Positions 1 through 9,525 are shown, counted from the first letter of the stretch. The stretch: DNA of 64,000 bases from an uncultured Clostridium sp. (GCA_904420465.1 CAJFVL010000002.1:1177-65176); one strand, 5' to 3'. Notes: a model not told the origin generated them from the letters alone. Numbers and translations are program-made.

Positions 1-147
1 CTCGTCGATGGAGGGACCGATGGCCAGCTTCACCTCGGGCCACAGGCGCTTCACCGCCTGGGCCATGACGTGGGAGCAGGTGTGCCAGTAGGTCTGGCGG
101 TACTCGGGATTTTCAAAGGTAAACTCGTTTTTCACTTCTTCGGACAT
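1..147 (-). CDS. thrS: Threonine--tRNA ligase, N-terminal part (runs off window)
   Basis: Manual translation gives MSEEVKNEFTFENPEYRQTYWHTCSHVMAQAVKRLWPEVKLAIGPSIDE, with the HxxxH...AIGP editing-domain motif of ThrRS. GGAGG RBS upstream and a Thr T-box upstream. Confidence 0.95.
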   Translation of the reverse strand, partial: MSEEVKNEFTFENPEYRQTYWHTCSHVMAQAVKRLWPEVKLAIGPSIDE

Positions 148-168
148 TTTTTGAACCTCCTTGCGTCC

Positions 169-216
169 GTAGGGGCGGCCTTTGGCCGCCCACAGGCGCG
201 CAGAGCGCGCCCCTGC
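169..216. repeat. GTAG-type REP/REPIN-like palindromic doublet
   Basis: GTAGGGGCGGCC-TTT-GGCCGCCC hairpin followed by GGCGCGC-AGA-GCGCGCC-CCTGC. The ends are near-complementary (GTAGGGGCG / CGCCCCTGC). Confidence 0.55.
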
Positions 217-235
217 AAAAGATTGATCTGGGGTA

Positions 236-735
236 AAAACAAAACGCCTCACCCCTGGGTATGTCAGGGGTGAGGCGCAAGTATGCGATCACGCTGCACC
301 TGTCCGCGACGCGCGGCCTCCCGACAACTCAGGCTCAAAACGGATCTGCTCTGCAGATCTTCGGTTTTCCGCCTTCGCGCCGGTCCATCCGCGCCGCTCA
401 CAACGGCTTTGCGCTTCTCTCTGCGTCCCACGGTTCCACCCTGCTTGCCAGAAGCGCGGAGACGCCCGGGAGCAGGACAACCGTGACACGCGCAGACCGA
501 AAAACAGGTCGGGAGACGCCCGGCGGCATTTTCGGCGGAGCGTGAAACAGTTGGCCGCCGCGAAGGGCGTGCATCGTGACAACTGACCGCTTTGTGTCTT
601 TCTGTAACGGGAAAGCCCCGGCCCGGTCATCCCGGGCGGCTCGGAAGCGGTACCGGCCAACATCCGCACAGAGCGCTTTCAGCACACGGCGCCCCTCTCT
701 GCCTGCTTTCGTCGGCCTCTTCTTCGTCAAAGCCA
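236..735 (-). ncRNA. T-box riboswitch (threonine, specifier ACC)
   Basis: Minus strand shows stem I with AGAGAG and GCTGAAAG boxes, specifier ACC at 649-651, a CCGTTA element and the T-box motif AAGCAGGGTGGAACCGTG (429-446). Terminator CGCCTCACCCCTG/CAGGGGTGAGGCG plus U-rich tail (236-277); its CACCCCTG can pair with the T-box motif. Confidence 0.93.
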
Positions 736-748
736 ATTTGACAGGGGT

Positions 749-777
749 ACTATATCACCCGAGCCTGAAATTGTCAA
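749..777 (-). promoter_or_regulatory. sigmaA promoter for the T-box/thrS transcript
   Basis: TTGACA-17 bp-TATAGT with extended TG on the minus strand, just upstream of stem I. Confidence 0.8.
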
Positions 778-1126
778 GAAGAGAGCGCCTGTATTTTGAT
801 GGGAAAATCAGATGTGCCCGGCGGAAACCGCCTTTTAAAAATTTTTATCCCGGATCACAGATTTGAATTTCACAATTTCCCTCTTTTTATGTAGTATCAA
901 GGCTTTGTTTTCCCATCATCTTCCTCTCTTCATTTTCTTTGCGCTTTCTGAACGCTCCATTTCATTTATTTATAGAAATATAATATCAAACCCTATACAA
1001 TATAATATAGAAAAACAGATTCGCCTGTTCCATCCGCCGGTTCGCTGCGGGCGGACGGATCACAAGGGGCTCTTTCGGGGCCCTTTCCGCATATTTTATA
1101 GCACAAAGCATGTAAACGAGGGCACC

Positions 1127-4100
1127 ATGAACAAAGAAAAACGTTTGCTCCATGTGGGAGTCGATGTGGGCTCCACCACCACCAAGATCGCCGCTCTGGA
1201 CGGCGAAACCGGAAAGCTTCTCTATGCCGATTACCAGCGCCACCACGCCGCCCAGGTGAAAAGCGTCTCCGAGGCGCTCTGGAAGCTGCTGGGCGCCTTC
1301 CCCGACGCCCAGCTGCGCCTGGCCATGACCGGTTCAGGCGCCAAGGGGCTGGCTGACGAGCTGGGCGTCCCCTATATTCAGGAGGTAGTGGCCAATTCTG
1401 TCGCCCTGCGCTCCGGCTGGGAGTCAGTGGGAACCGCGATTGAACTGGGCGGGCAGGACGCCAAGATCATCTTTTTCCACCGGGACGAGGCCACCGGGCA
1501 GCTGGAGGCCTCCGACATGCGCATGAACGGCAGCTGTGCCGGGGGAACAGGGGCCTTTCTGGACGAGATCGCCGCCATTCTCAGTGTCCCCATCGAGGAG
1601 TTGGACGCCCTGGCCGCTCAAGGCAGCTGCGTCTACGACGTGTCCGGCCGCTGCGGAGTATATGCCAAAACCGATATCCAGCCCCTGCTGAACCAGGGGG
1701 TGTCCAAGGCTGATCTGGCCCTGTCCGCTTTTCATGCCATCGCCAAGCAGACCATCGGCGGACTGGCCCAGGGGCTGGAGATCCGGGCCCCGGTGGCCTT
1801 TGAAGGCGGCCCCCTCACCTTCAACCCCACCCTGATCCGGGTGTTTGCCCAGCGGCTGAAGCTGACAAAGGCGGACATTCTGCTCCCCGACCGCCCTGAA
1901 CTGATGATGGCCCGGGGTGCCGCCCTGTCGCTGAATGTTATGCCCTCCAAATCTCCCGATCCGGTCAGCCTGGATCTGCTGATGGACGGCATCCGCCAGC
2001 TGGAGGCCTCCGCCGCCCAATGCGCACAGCAGGGCGGCCGCCCCTTCTTCTCGTCACAGTCAGAACGGGAGGCCTTCCAGCGGTCCCACGCCCTGCCGGA
2101 CTGGCGCCCCTTCCAGCCCCGGCGCGGCCAGACGGTCCGCGCCTGGCTCGGCATTGATTCCGGGAGCACCACGACCAAATTCGTGCTGCTGGATGCGGAA
2201 AACAACATTCTGGATTCCTTCTATGCTCCCAACCGGGGAGACCCTCTGGTGGTGGCCAGAGAGGCACTGCTGGCTCTGCGGGACCGCTATCGGGAGGCCG
2301 GCGCTGTGCTGGATATCCAGGGGGTGGGCACCACCGGCTACGGGGAGCAGCTGTTCGCCAGGGCTTTCTCTGCCGAGTGCCATGTGGTGGAGACGGTGGC
2401 CCACGCCCGGGCCGCCCGGCAGTATGTCCCCGACGCCACCTTCCTTCTGGACATCGGCGGCCAGGATATGAAAGCCATCTGGCTGGACCACGGGGTCATC
2501 ACCAACATCGTGGTCAACGAGGCCTGCTCCTCCGGCTGCGGCTCCTTTCTGGAAAACTTCGCCGCCTCGCTGCACATCCCAGTGGACCAGATCGCCCAGG
2601 CGGCCTTCGACTCCCAGTCCCCCGCCCAGCTGGGCAGCCGCTGCACCGTCTTTATGAACAGCAGCATTGTCACCGAGCAGCGCAATGGCAAGCTGCCCGG
2701 TGACATCATGGCCGGGCTGTGCCGGTCCATCATTGAGAACGTCTTTACCAAGGTCATCCGCATCTCCAACCTGGACTCCCTGGGAGACACCATCGTGGTC
2801 CAGGGGGGCACCTTCCGCAACGACGCGGTGCTCCGGGCCCTGGAGCAGTACACCGGCCGCACCGTCATCCGGGCCCCCTATCCCGGGGTGATGGGGGCCA
2901 TCGGGGCCGCCCTGCTCACCCGCGAGCGCATGGCGGGAAAGGATCGCACCTTCATTGGACTGGACGCCCTGGAGCAGTTTACATACACCCAGCAGGCCAA
3001 CTCCCCCTGTCCCTTCTGCGCCAACCACTGCAGGCGCACTGTGGTCACCTTCTCCAACGGCACCTCCTGGGTGACCAACAACCGCTGTGAGCGGGGCGAG
3101 ATCCTGGGCGACCCCAGGGACGAGGCGGTGCGGGAGCAGCTGCGGGAGAAGGATCAGGAGAAGGAGAAGATTCCCAACCTGTTCCGCCTGCGGGAGCAGC
3201 TTCTGTTCCAGGACTACCCTGTCCCGGCGCCAAGGGAAAAGCGGAATACCGTGATCGGCATTCCCCGGGTGCTGTCCTTCTGGGACACCGCCCCCTTCTG
3301 GACCACCCTTTTCCGCGCCCTGGGCTTCCAGGTCAAGCTCTCCCGCCCCAGCACCCGGCGAATGTACGAGAGCGGCCTGTCCGCCGTCACCTCGGATACG
3401 GTGTGCTTCCCGGCCAAGCTGGTCCACGGCCACATCCGGGACCTTGTATCCCAAAAGGTGGACCGCATCTTCATGCCCTCGGTGACCACCGTCCCCTCGG
3501 AGAACCTGGAAAAGTCCAGCGAATCCATGTGCGCTGTGGTAAAAGGCTACCCCCTGATCATCCGCAACTCCGACGACCCGGAGCGCCAGTGGGGAATCCC
3601 CTTCGACGCCCCCCTGTTCCACTGGTACACCGACGCCGACCGGACGAATCAATTGACAAAGTACATGGAGGAGACCTTCCGGATTCCCGCCCAGGAGACC
3701 CGTGCCGCCATCCAGGCCGGCGAGGAGGCCCAGCGCGGCTTCCAGGCCCAAATGGTCCGTGCGGGAGAGGCCGCCCTGAAGCTGGCCGGTGAGCGGAACA
3801 CCTATGCCGTGGTGCTGGCCGCCCGTCCGTATCAGACCGATCCCCTGGTGAACCACGACCTGCCCGACCTGTTTGCCGGCATGGGCATTCCCGTACTGAC
3901 AGCGGACAGCGTCCCCGGCGCCAACCGGGTGGATCTGAGCCGGAGCACCCTGGACATTGTGAACAACTACCACGCCCGGATGCTGTCCTCAGCCATCCTG
4001 GCCGCCCAGGACCCCCGGCTGGAGTATGTGCAGATCGTCAGCTTCGGCTGCGGCCACGACGCCTACCTGTCCGACGAAATCGTCCGGCTGATGCGGGAGA

Positions 4101-5539
4101 TCTCGGGCAAGCCCCCGCTGGTGCTGAAGCTGGACGAGAGCGATGTCCAGGGCCCCCTGCGCATCCGGGTGCGCTCCTTTGTGGAGACCGTGTCCATGCG
4201 CCGGGCAGGCGGAGAGCAGCCAGCCGTCCGCCCGCTGGAGGACCCCTATCCTGTGAAGTTTACACGGGCGGATAAAAAGGAGCGGGTGGTGCTGATTCCC
4301 AACGTCTCCCACGCCTTCTGCCGCCTCCTGGCGGCGGCCATGGGCTCAGACGGGCTGCGCACCATTCCCCTGGAGATCGGGCGGGAGGAGGCCATTCTCC
4401 TGGGCAAGCGCTACGTCCACAACGACATCTGCTTCCCCGCCCAGATGGTGATCGGCGAGGCTCTGGCCGCCCTGAAGAGCGGCAGATATGATTTGGACCA
4501 TGTGGCGGTGGCCATGGCCAAGTATGTCGGCGACTGCCGTCTGACCCACTACAGCGCCCTGCTGCGAAAGGCTCTGGATGACGCCGGCTTCGGGCAGGTG
4601 CCCATTCTCACCAACGACGGGGAGGACAGCCACAATCAGCACCCGGGCTACCGCATGAGCCTGGCCGCCTCCGTCCGCATCGCCTTCGCCCTGCCCATGA
4701 TTGACGTGCTGGAGGAGCTGCTGCGGAAGATCCGCCCCTATGAGACGGTGCCGGGCAGCGCGGAGCAGGCCTTTGCGCAGGCTATGGACCTGGTCATCCA
4801 CGGTCTGGAGCGCCGGGGCGTTCGGGGAGCGGAGCAGGGCTTCCGCCAGGCCATTCAGGTGATGCGCGGCGTGGAGTACGACCGCTCCCAGCCCAGGCCC
4901 ACCGTGCTCATCGTGGGCGAGTACCTGCTGAATTTCCACCCCGGCGCCAACCATGAGATCGAGGCCTATCTGGAGCGGAACGGATTTGAGGTCATCGAGG
5001 CCCGCATGACCGACGTGATCCGCAAGCTGTATTTCAACAAGGACGCCCAGATCCGGGAGTACCATGTCCATAAGCCGCTTCTGGAGAAGGCGTGGTACAC
5101 CACGGCGGACACCGTCTTTGAGGCGGCCCACGCCATGACCGACCGCATCGCCAAGGAGCACCCCCTCTATCAGCGGGCGGTGCGTCTGCCTGAGTTGGTC
5201 CGGGCCAGCGACCCCATCATCCACCACACCTTCGACGCAGGCGAGGGGGTGCTCATCCCCGGCGAGATCCTCCACCACGCAGCCCGGGGCTGCCGCGCCT
5301 TCGTCATCCTCCAGCCCTTTGGCTGCCTGCCCAACCATGTGGTGGGCAGGGGCATTGCCAAGCGTCTGAAGGAGCTGTACCCCGACGCTCAGATTCTGCC
5401 CCTGGACTATGACCCGGACGTCAGCTTCGCCAACCTGGAAAACCGCCTCCAGATGCTGATCATGAACGCCCAGGGCCGGGGCAGGGGCCCGGCAGTCAAG
5501 CCGGAGGAATCAAACGCCTCCATGGCAAAGGCTATCTAG
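1127..5539 (+). CDS. plsA: Fused PlsA/PlsR-like plasmalogen synthase (2x BcrAD/BadFG ATPase activator + DUF2229 + 2-hydroxyacyl-CoA dehydratase-like domain)
   Basis: Two GxDxGSTTTK / GGQDxK ASKHA activator domains with CAGGTG, RCGV, CSSGCG and RCTVF Cys motifs, then CFPAK, SFGCGHD, ICFPA and QPFGCLPNH domains. ~1470 aa; ATG at 1127 preferred over the ORF-track start. Confidence 0.75.
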   Translation: MNKEKRLLHVGVDVGSTTTKIAALDGETGKLLYADYQRHHAAQVKSVSEALWKLLGAFPDAQLRLAMTGSGAKGLADELGVPYIQEVVANSVALRSGWESVGTAIELGGQDAKIIFFHRDEATGQLEASDMRMNGSCAGGTGAFLDEIAAILSVPIEELDALAAQGSCVYDVSGRCGVYAKTDIQPLLNQGVSKADLALSAFHAIAKQTIGGLAQGLEIRAPVAFEGGPLTFNPTLIRVFAQRLKLTKADILLPDRPELMMARGAALSLNVMPSKSPDPVSLDLLMDGIRQLEASAAQCAQQGGRPFFSSQSEREAFQRSHALPDWRPFQPRRGQTVRAWLGIDSGSTTTKFVLLDAENNILDSFYAPNRGDPLVVAREALLALRDRYREAGAVLDIQGVGTTGYGEQLFARAFSAECHVVETVAHARAARQYVPDATFLLDIGGQDMKAIWLDHGVITNIVVNEACSSGCGSFLENFAASLHIPVDQIAQAAFDSQSPAQLGSRCTVFMNSSIVTEQRNGKLPGDIMAGLCRSIIENVFTKVIRISNLDSLGDTIVVQGGTFRNDAVLRALEQYTGRTVIRAPYPGVMGAIGAALLTRERMAGKDRTFIGLDALEQFTYTQQANSPCPFCANHCRRTVVTFSNGTSWVTNNRCERGEILGDPRDEAVREQLREKDQEKEKIPNLFRLREQLLFQDYPVPAPREKRNTVIGIPRVLSFWDTAPFWTTLFRALGFQVKLSRPSTRRMYESGLSAVTSDTVCFPAKLVHGHIRDLVSQKVDRIFMPSVTTVPSENLEKSSESMCAVVKGYPLIIRNSDDPERQWGIPFDAPLFHWYTDADRTNQLTKYMEETFRIPAQETRAAIQAGEEAQRGFQAQMVRAGEAALKLAGERNTYAVVLAARPYQTDPLVNHDLPDLFAGMGIPVLTADSVPGANRVDLSRSTLDIVNNYHARMLSSAILAAQDPRLEYVQIVSFGCGHDAYLSDEIVRLMREISGKPPLVLKLDESDVQGPLRIRVRSFVETVSMRRAGGEQPAVRPLEDPYPVKFTRADKKERVVLIPNVSHAFCRLLAAAMGSDGLRTIPLEIGREEAILLGKRYVHNDICFPAQMVIGEALAALKSGRYDLDHVAVAMAKYVGDCRLTHYSALLRKALDDAGFGQVPILTNDGEDSHNQHPGYRMSLAASVRIAFALPMIDVLEELLRKIRPYETVPGSAEQAFAQAMDLVIHGLERRGVRGAEQGFRQAIQVMRGVEYDRSQPRPTVLIVGEYLLNFHPGANHEIEAYLERNGFEVIEARMTDVIRKLYFNKDAQIREYHVHKPLLEKAWYTTADTVFEAAHAMTDRIAKEHPLYQRAVRLPELVRASDPIIHHTFDAGEGVLIPGEILHHAARGCRAFVILQPFGCLPNHVVGRGIAKRLKELYPDAQILPLDYDPDVSFANLENRLQMLIMNAQGRGRGPAVKPEESNASMAKAI

Positions 5540-5654
5540 GTCCTGTTTGAAAATGCCAATATGCCCAAGCAGCGGGGACTTTTGCACCGCAATGCGGTGC
5601 AAAAGCAACGGCATCAGGCGGTCTGTCAAAAAAGCCAAGGTTTTGGACAGACTG

Positions 5655-5693
5655 ACGGCCGGACTTCCGATGGGAAGTCCGGCCGTATCTTTT
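5655..5693. terminator. Intrinsic terminator between convergent genes
   Basis: 14-bp stem ACGGCCGGACTTCC/GGAAGTCCGGCCGT followed by T-rich sequence. Confidence 0.7.
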
Positions 5694-5699
5694 GTCTGT

Positions 5700-6527
5700 T
5701 CAGGCCGCCCGGGCCGGCTCTCTTGTCCGGTGCATCCCCCACATCAGGGCTGCAAAGCCGCATCCGCCCAGCACATTGCCCAGGGTGACGGGGACCAGAT
5801 TCTGGAGGAAAAAGGCCGCCCAGCTCAGGTTGTCCAGGGCCAGGCCGGCCTCGGCGGCCAGCTGGGCGTAGCCGGAATTTCCCAGGGCAAGCAGCCCCGC
5901 CGGGATGTAATACATGTTGGCCACACAGTGCTCAAAGCCTCCGATGACAAAGAATGCCACCGGCAGATAGGCCCCCAGCGCCTTGCTGGGTCCGTCCTTT
6001 CCGCACAGGCCGCAGGCCACGCCCACACACACCAAAACATTGCACAGTACACCCAGCACCAGCGCCCGGCCAAAGGGCAGGCTGCACTTGGAGACGGCCG
6101 TCTGAATGGTGAACACCGCCAGCTGCCCCCCGGACAGGTCCAGCTGCCCGCTGTAAACCACCAGGGCGGCCAGGGCCACGGCGCCGACCAGGTTTCCGAT
6201 GTAGACAATGACCAGGTTGCGCACCATTCCGCCCCACCGTGCTCTCCCGCTGAGAGCGGAGATGGTGATCAGGCAGTTTCCGGTGAACAGCTCCGCTCCG
6301 GTGAACAGCACCATCACCAGTCCGAAGGGAAACAGCAGCCCGCATACCACCCGGCTCACCGACAGGTTGTCCTGCAGCCCGTGGGCCGCCGTGTTGGACA
6401 CCACCGCCCCCATACCGATGAGGACGCCGGCCAGCACCGCCAGCCCCAGCAGCCGCCACGCGGGCGACATAGCCTTCTTTGCACCGATGCCGTTATAGGC
6501 CTCAATGAATTCCCCAGGGGTCAACAT
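5700..6527 (-). CDS. Formate/nitrite transporter (FNT) family channel
   Basis: FPFGL, GAELFTGN, YIGNLVG, LCNVLVC, GFEHCVANMY and VTLGNVLGG motifs. Confidence 0.93.
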   Translation of the reverse strand: MLTPGEFIEAYNGIGAKKAMSPAWRLLGLAVLAGVLIGMGAVVSNTAAHGLQDNLSVSRVVCGLLFPFGLVMVLFTGAELFTGNCLITISALSGRARWGGMVRNLVIVYIGNLVGAVALAALVVYSGQLDLSGGQLAVFTIQTAVSKCSLPFGRALVLGVLCNVLVCVGVACGLCGKDGPSKALGAYLPVAFFVIGGFEHCVANMYYIPAGLLALGNSGYAQLAAEAGLALDNLSWAAFFLQNLVPVTLGNVLGGCGFAALMWGMHRTREPARAA

Positions 6528-6554
6528 ATCTCTCCCGCCTTTCTCTCCATCCGC

Positions 6555-7820
6555 TCAGCACAGGCCCAGGCAGTGCCGGGCCTCGCCGATCATATACAGG
6601 GAACCGCACACGCACACCGGCCCCTCTCCCGCCAGAGAACGGGCCAGCTCCAGCCCCTGCTCCAGCCCCTGACAGGGGTGGGCCGTGACTCCCTCCCGGC
6701 AAAGGTACTGGGCCAGTTCCCGGGCCGGCAGCGCCCGGGGGCTGTCCGGAGTCACAGTGACAAAGGCTCGGGCCAGGGGAAGCAGCTCCCCCATCATGGC
6801 CGGATAATCCTTGTCCGCCAGCACTCCGGTGAGGAAGGTCACCTTCTCCCCAGGATACAGCGCTTCCAGGCTGCGGCGCAGGGCTCCCATACACTGGGGG
6901 TTGTGGCTGCCGTCCAGCAGCAGATCGGGGCCGCGGCGGGCCAGCTCCATCCGGCCGGGCCAGAGGGCCCGCTCCAGCCCCTCCTGCACCGCCCGCTCCG
7001 GGATCTTCCAGCCCCGGTCCGCCAGCCTCCACACCGTCTCCAGCGCTGCAGCCGCGTTATACAGCTGATACTCCCCCAGCAGGGAGAGCTGAAAGGGCCC
7101 CCGGCCCCGATAGATGAAGCGCTGGCCCTCCCGGCCCGTGGACAAGACCTCCAGGCTGTCCGGGGCGGTAAGGGTCAGGGGGCTGTCCTCCCGGCGGCAG
7201 ACGGCCTCCACCACCTCCTCCACCTCCCGGCTTTGGTGGTAAAGAACCGTGGAGCAGCCCGGCTTGATGATGCCCGCCTTCTCCCCCGCGATGGCGGCCA
7301 GGGTGTTTCCCAGCTCCTGGGTATGCTCCAGGCCGATGTTGGTAATCACTGCCGCCTCCGGGGACGGGATGACATTGGTGGAGTCCAGCCGGCCGCCCAG
7401 CCCCACCTCCAGCACCACGATGTCGCAGCCCGCCTCCTGAAAGTAGAGCAGGCCCAGGGCCGTCATCAGCTCAAACTCGGTGGCCGGGTCGGGGATGCTC
7501 CGTCCGGCCTCCAGAACGCGCTCGCCAATGCGTCCAAGGGCCTCGTCGGGGATGGGATTTCCGTCCACCTGAAACCGCTCGTGAAAGCGCCACAGGTGGG
7601 GGGAGGTGTACAGCCCTGTCCGCAGGCCGGCAGCCGTGAGGATGCTGGCCGTCATGGCGGCGGTGGAGCCTTTTCCATTGGTCCCGGTGATGTGGACATA
7701 CCGCAGCTCCCGCTCCGGATTGCCCAGCCGATCCAGCAGCGCACGGGTCCGCTCCAGCCCGGGCTTCCGCCCCACCCATGCCTCCTTCTGGATGCGTTCA
7801 ATCGCCTCCTGTCCGGTCAC
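6555..7820 (-). CDS. folC: Folylpolyglutamate synthase/dihydrofolate synthase
   Basis: HITGTNGKGS, YTSPHL, EVGLGGRLDSTN, WPGRME, LDGSHNP and GSLY motifs. Confidence 0.95.
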   Translation of the reverse strand: MTGQEAIERIQKEAWVGRKPGLERTRALLDRLGNPERELRYVHITGTNGKGSTAAMTASILTAAGLRTGLYTSPHLWRFHERFQVDGNPIPDEALGRIGERVLEAGRSIPDPATEFELMTALGLLYFQEAGCDIVVLEVGLGGRLDSTNVIPSPEAAVITNIGLEHTQELGNTLAAIAGEKAGIIKPGCSTVLYHQSREVEEVVEAVCRREDSPLTLTAPDSLEVLSTGREGQRFIYRGRGPFQLSLLGEYQLYNAAAALETVWRLADRGWKIPERAVQEGLERALWPGRMELARRGPDLLLDGSHNPQCMGALRRSLEALYPGEKVTFLTGVLADKDYPAMMGELLPLARAFVTVTPDSPRALPARELAQYLCREGVTAHPCQGLEQGLELARSLAGEGPVCVCGSLYMIGEARHCLGLC

Positions 7821-8710
7821 AGCGCTCCACCCCTTTCATCCTTCGGCTCCTCCAGCCCGCAGGCCCGCATGGCGGCCTGCACGGTGTGCAGGGACAGCAC
7901 CGTGGAGGTCACCGCCCCCACTCCGCCGGGCACGGGGGTGATGGCCGCCACAATGGGTTCCACCTGGTCAAAGCTCACATCTCCCCGCATGACTCCGTCA
8001 GCGGTAAAGCTGACCCCCACGTCCACCACCACCTGTCCCGGCCGTACATGCTCTTTTCCGATCAGTCCGGCCTTACCCACAGCGGAGATGATGATGTCCG
8101 CCCGCTGGCACAGCTCCAGCAGCAGCCTGGGCTCGGTAAGAATGTTGCAGGCGGAGACGGTGGCCCCCAGACTCATCAGCAGGACGGCGGCGGGCATCCC
8201 CACCGTGGCCCCTGTTCCCACAATGACCACATTCTTCCCCGCCAGGGGGATCTGGTAAAAGCGCAGCAGCTCCACACAGGCCGACACCGTGCAGGGCGGA
8301 AAGCAGGCCAGCCCCTGCACCATCAGGCCGCCCATGGAGGCGCCCGTCATGGCGTCGATGTCCTTCTCCGGCCGCAGCGCGGTGAGCACCGCAGGGGTGT
8401 TGAGACGGGGAGGGAGGGGACGGAACAGCAGGCAGCCGTGGATGCGGCTGCTGCCGTCAATCTCCCGCAGCACAGCCGCCAGCTCCTCTTCCGACACATC
8501 AGCCGGCAGCAGGGTGCGGGAGACCGCCACTCCAAGGGACTGGGCCCGTTTGGTGGCCCCCCGCTCATAGCTGACATCCTCGGGCCGGGCCCCCACCCGG
8601 ACAATTCCCAGCGAGGGCACTACCCCCTTTTCCTTCAGCCGGACCACATCGTCCCGGATTTTCCAGCACAAAAAGTCGCTCACCGCAATGCCGGACAGCC
8701 GCAGCGCCAT
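7817..8710 (-). CDS. folD: Methylene-THF dehydrogenase (FolD family, probably monofunctional)
   Basis: PEKDID, PCT, VVDVG and ITPVPGGVGAVT motifs. The cyclohydrolase Lys/Gln residues are replaced. Confidence 0.88.
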   Translation of the reverse strand: MALRLSGIAVSDFLCWKIRDDVVRLKEKGVVPSLGIVRVGARPEDVSYERGATKRAQSLGVAVSRTLLPADVSEEELAAVLREIDGSSRIHGCLLFRPLPPRLNTPAVLTALRPEKDIDAMTGASMGGLMVQGLACFPPCTVSACVELLRFYQIPLAGKNVVIVGTGATVGMPAAVLLMSLGATVSACNILTEPRLLLELCQRADIIISAVGKAGLIGKEHVRPGQVVVDVGVSFTADGVMRGDVSFDQVEPIVAAITPVPGGVGAVTSTVLSLHTVQAAMRACGLEEPKDERGGAL

Positions 8711-8755
8711 TCCCTTCTCTCCCCTCTTGCATGGTTTTCTGTCAAACAGCTTCCT

Positions 8756-9355
8756 TTAGTGTGCGTCCATCACACAAGCCATCACAACAGCATCCTGGCT
8801 TCCCTCCAGGGAGACCTCCAGCTCATCCATCCGGCGGCACAGCAGCAGCTCCCCCGCCTGAATGGAAAGCCCCTCCCCGGGCAGGGCCAGCGTCCCCTGG
8901 ACGCAGTACAGGGCCGCGTCCCGATAGGAATAGCCCTCTGGAAGCTGGGGCAGCATCCAGACCTGGGCGCCGGCGGGACGCAGGCACTCCATCTTCCCCG
9001 TGCACAGCCCCTTGCGCAGCATCAGGTTGAAGTCCGTGCAGGTGCCCCAGGACTCCACGGGAATTCCGCCGTCAAAATAGCAGACCTGGCAGGGCAGGAG
9101 GGCGCCCGGCGCATCCTCGCCGATTTTCACCTGGATCTCGCCCTTCAGCACTGACAAATAGCGGTAATAGTCGGGCAGCGGGGTGAAGTCGGAGTGTTCC
9201 AGCTCCACCGTGGCGGAGCTCAGACGCCACAGAAAGTCCCGTTTGGCGTATACAGCTCCCTCCGGAGCGATGGCCAGCTGGCTGGTAACCCCGCCCGACC
9301 ACGGGGTGGCAATATACTGTTCCTTGGTCAATACAGTCCAGTTCACGGAGACCAT
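8756..9355 (-). CDS. hutD: HutD/Ves family protein
   Basis: WSGGVT..LAI, FLWRLSSATV, SDFTPLPDY.R and DFNLM motifs; hut context. Confidence 0.88.
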   Translation of the reverse strand: MVSVNWTVLTKEQYIATPWSGGVTSQLAIAPEGAVYAKRDFLWRLSSATVELEHSDFTPLPDYYRYLSVLKGEIQVKIGEDAPGALLPCQVCYFDGGIPVESWGTCTDFNLMLRKGLCTGKMECLRPAGAQVWMLPQLPEGYSYRDAALYCVQGTLALPGEGLSIQAGELLLCRRMDELEVSLEGSQDAVVMACVMDAH

Positions 9356-9380
9356 TCCCTTCTCGTTTCAATTCTATAAT

Positions 9381-9421
9381 AAAACGCGCTCCTTCCATGG
9401 CTGTCCGCCACGGAAGGAGCG
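9381..9421 (-). terminator. Riboswitch-associated intrinsic terminator upstream of hutD
   Basis: CGCTCCTTCCGTGGC/GCCATGGAAGGAGCG stem followed by CGTTTT on the minus strand. Confidence 0.75.
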
Positions 9422-9432
9422 GGCTCCCCATG

Positions 9433-9525
9433 GCAGCGGAGGGGGCACAGCGTCGCGGACGGTCCGTCCTTCCCTCACCGGCAACCTCCCATCCGGTGCT
9501 CCTTTACGCGCTGGGCCTACTCTGT
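9433..9525 (-). ncRNA. THF riboswitch aptamer (variant)
   Basis: Minus strand reads CAGAGTAGGCCCAGCGCGTAAAGGAG CACCGG ATGGGAGGTTG CCGGTG AGGGAA GGACGGACCGTCC GCGACGCTGTGCCCCCTCCGCTGC. It has the GAGUAG start, GGAGG/CCUCC pseudoknot and P3/P4 stems, and lies upstream of folD/folC. Confidence 0.85.

Noticed and set aside
863-1126. N-terminal extensions in the ORF track (also 12001-12441, 50500-50607, 54350-54439)
   Set aside because: Promoter or leader sequence; downstream ATGs with RBS match the family N-termini.
1127-5539. Idea that the activase/dehydratase fusion is an imidazole-lactyl-CoA dehydratase replacing HutH
   Set aside because: Architecture fits the widespread PlsA/PlsR fusion. 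It is convergent with the hut genes and separated from them by a terminator.
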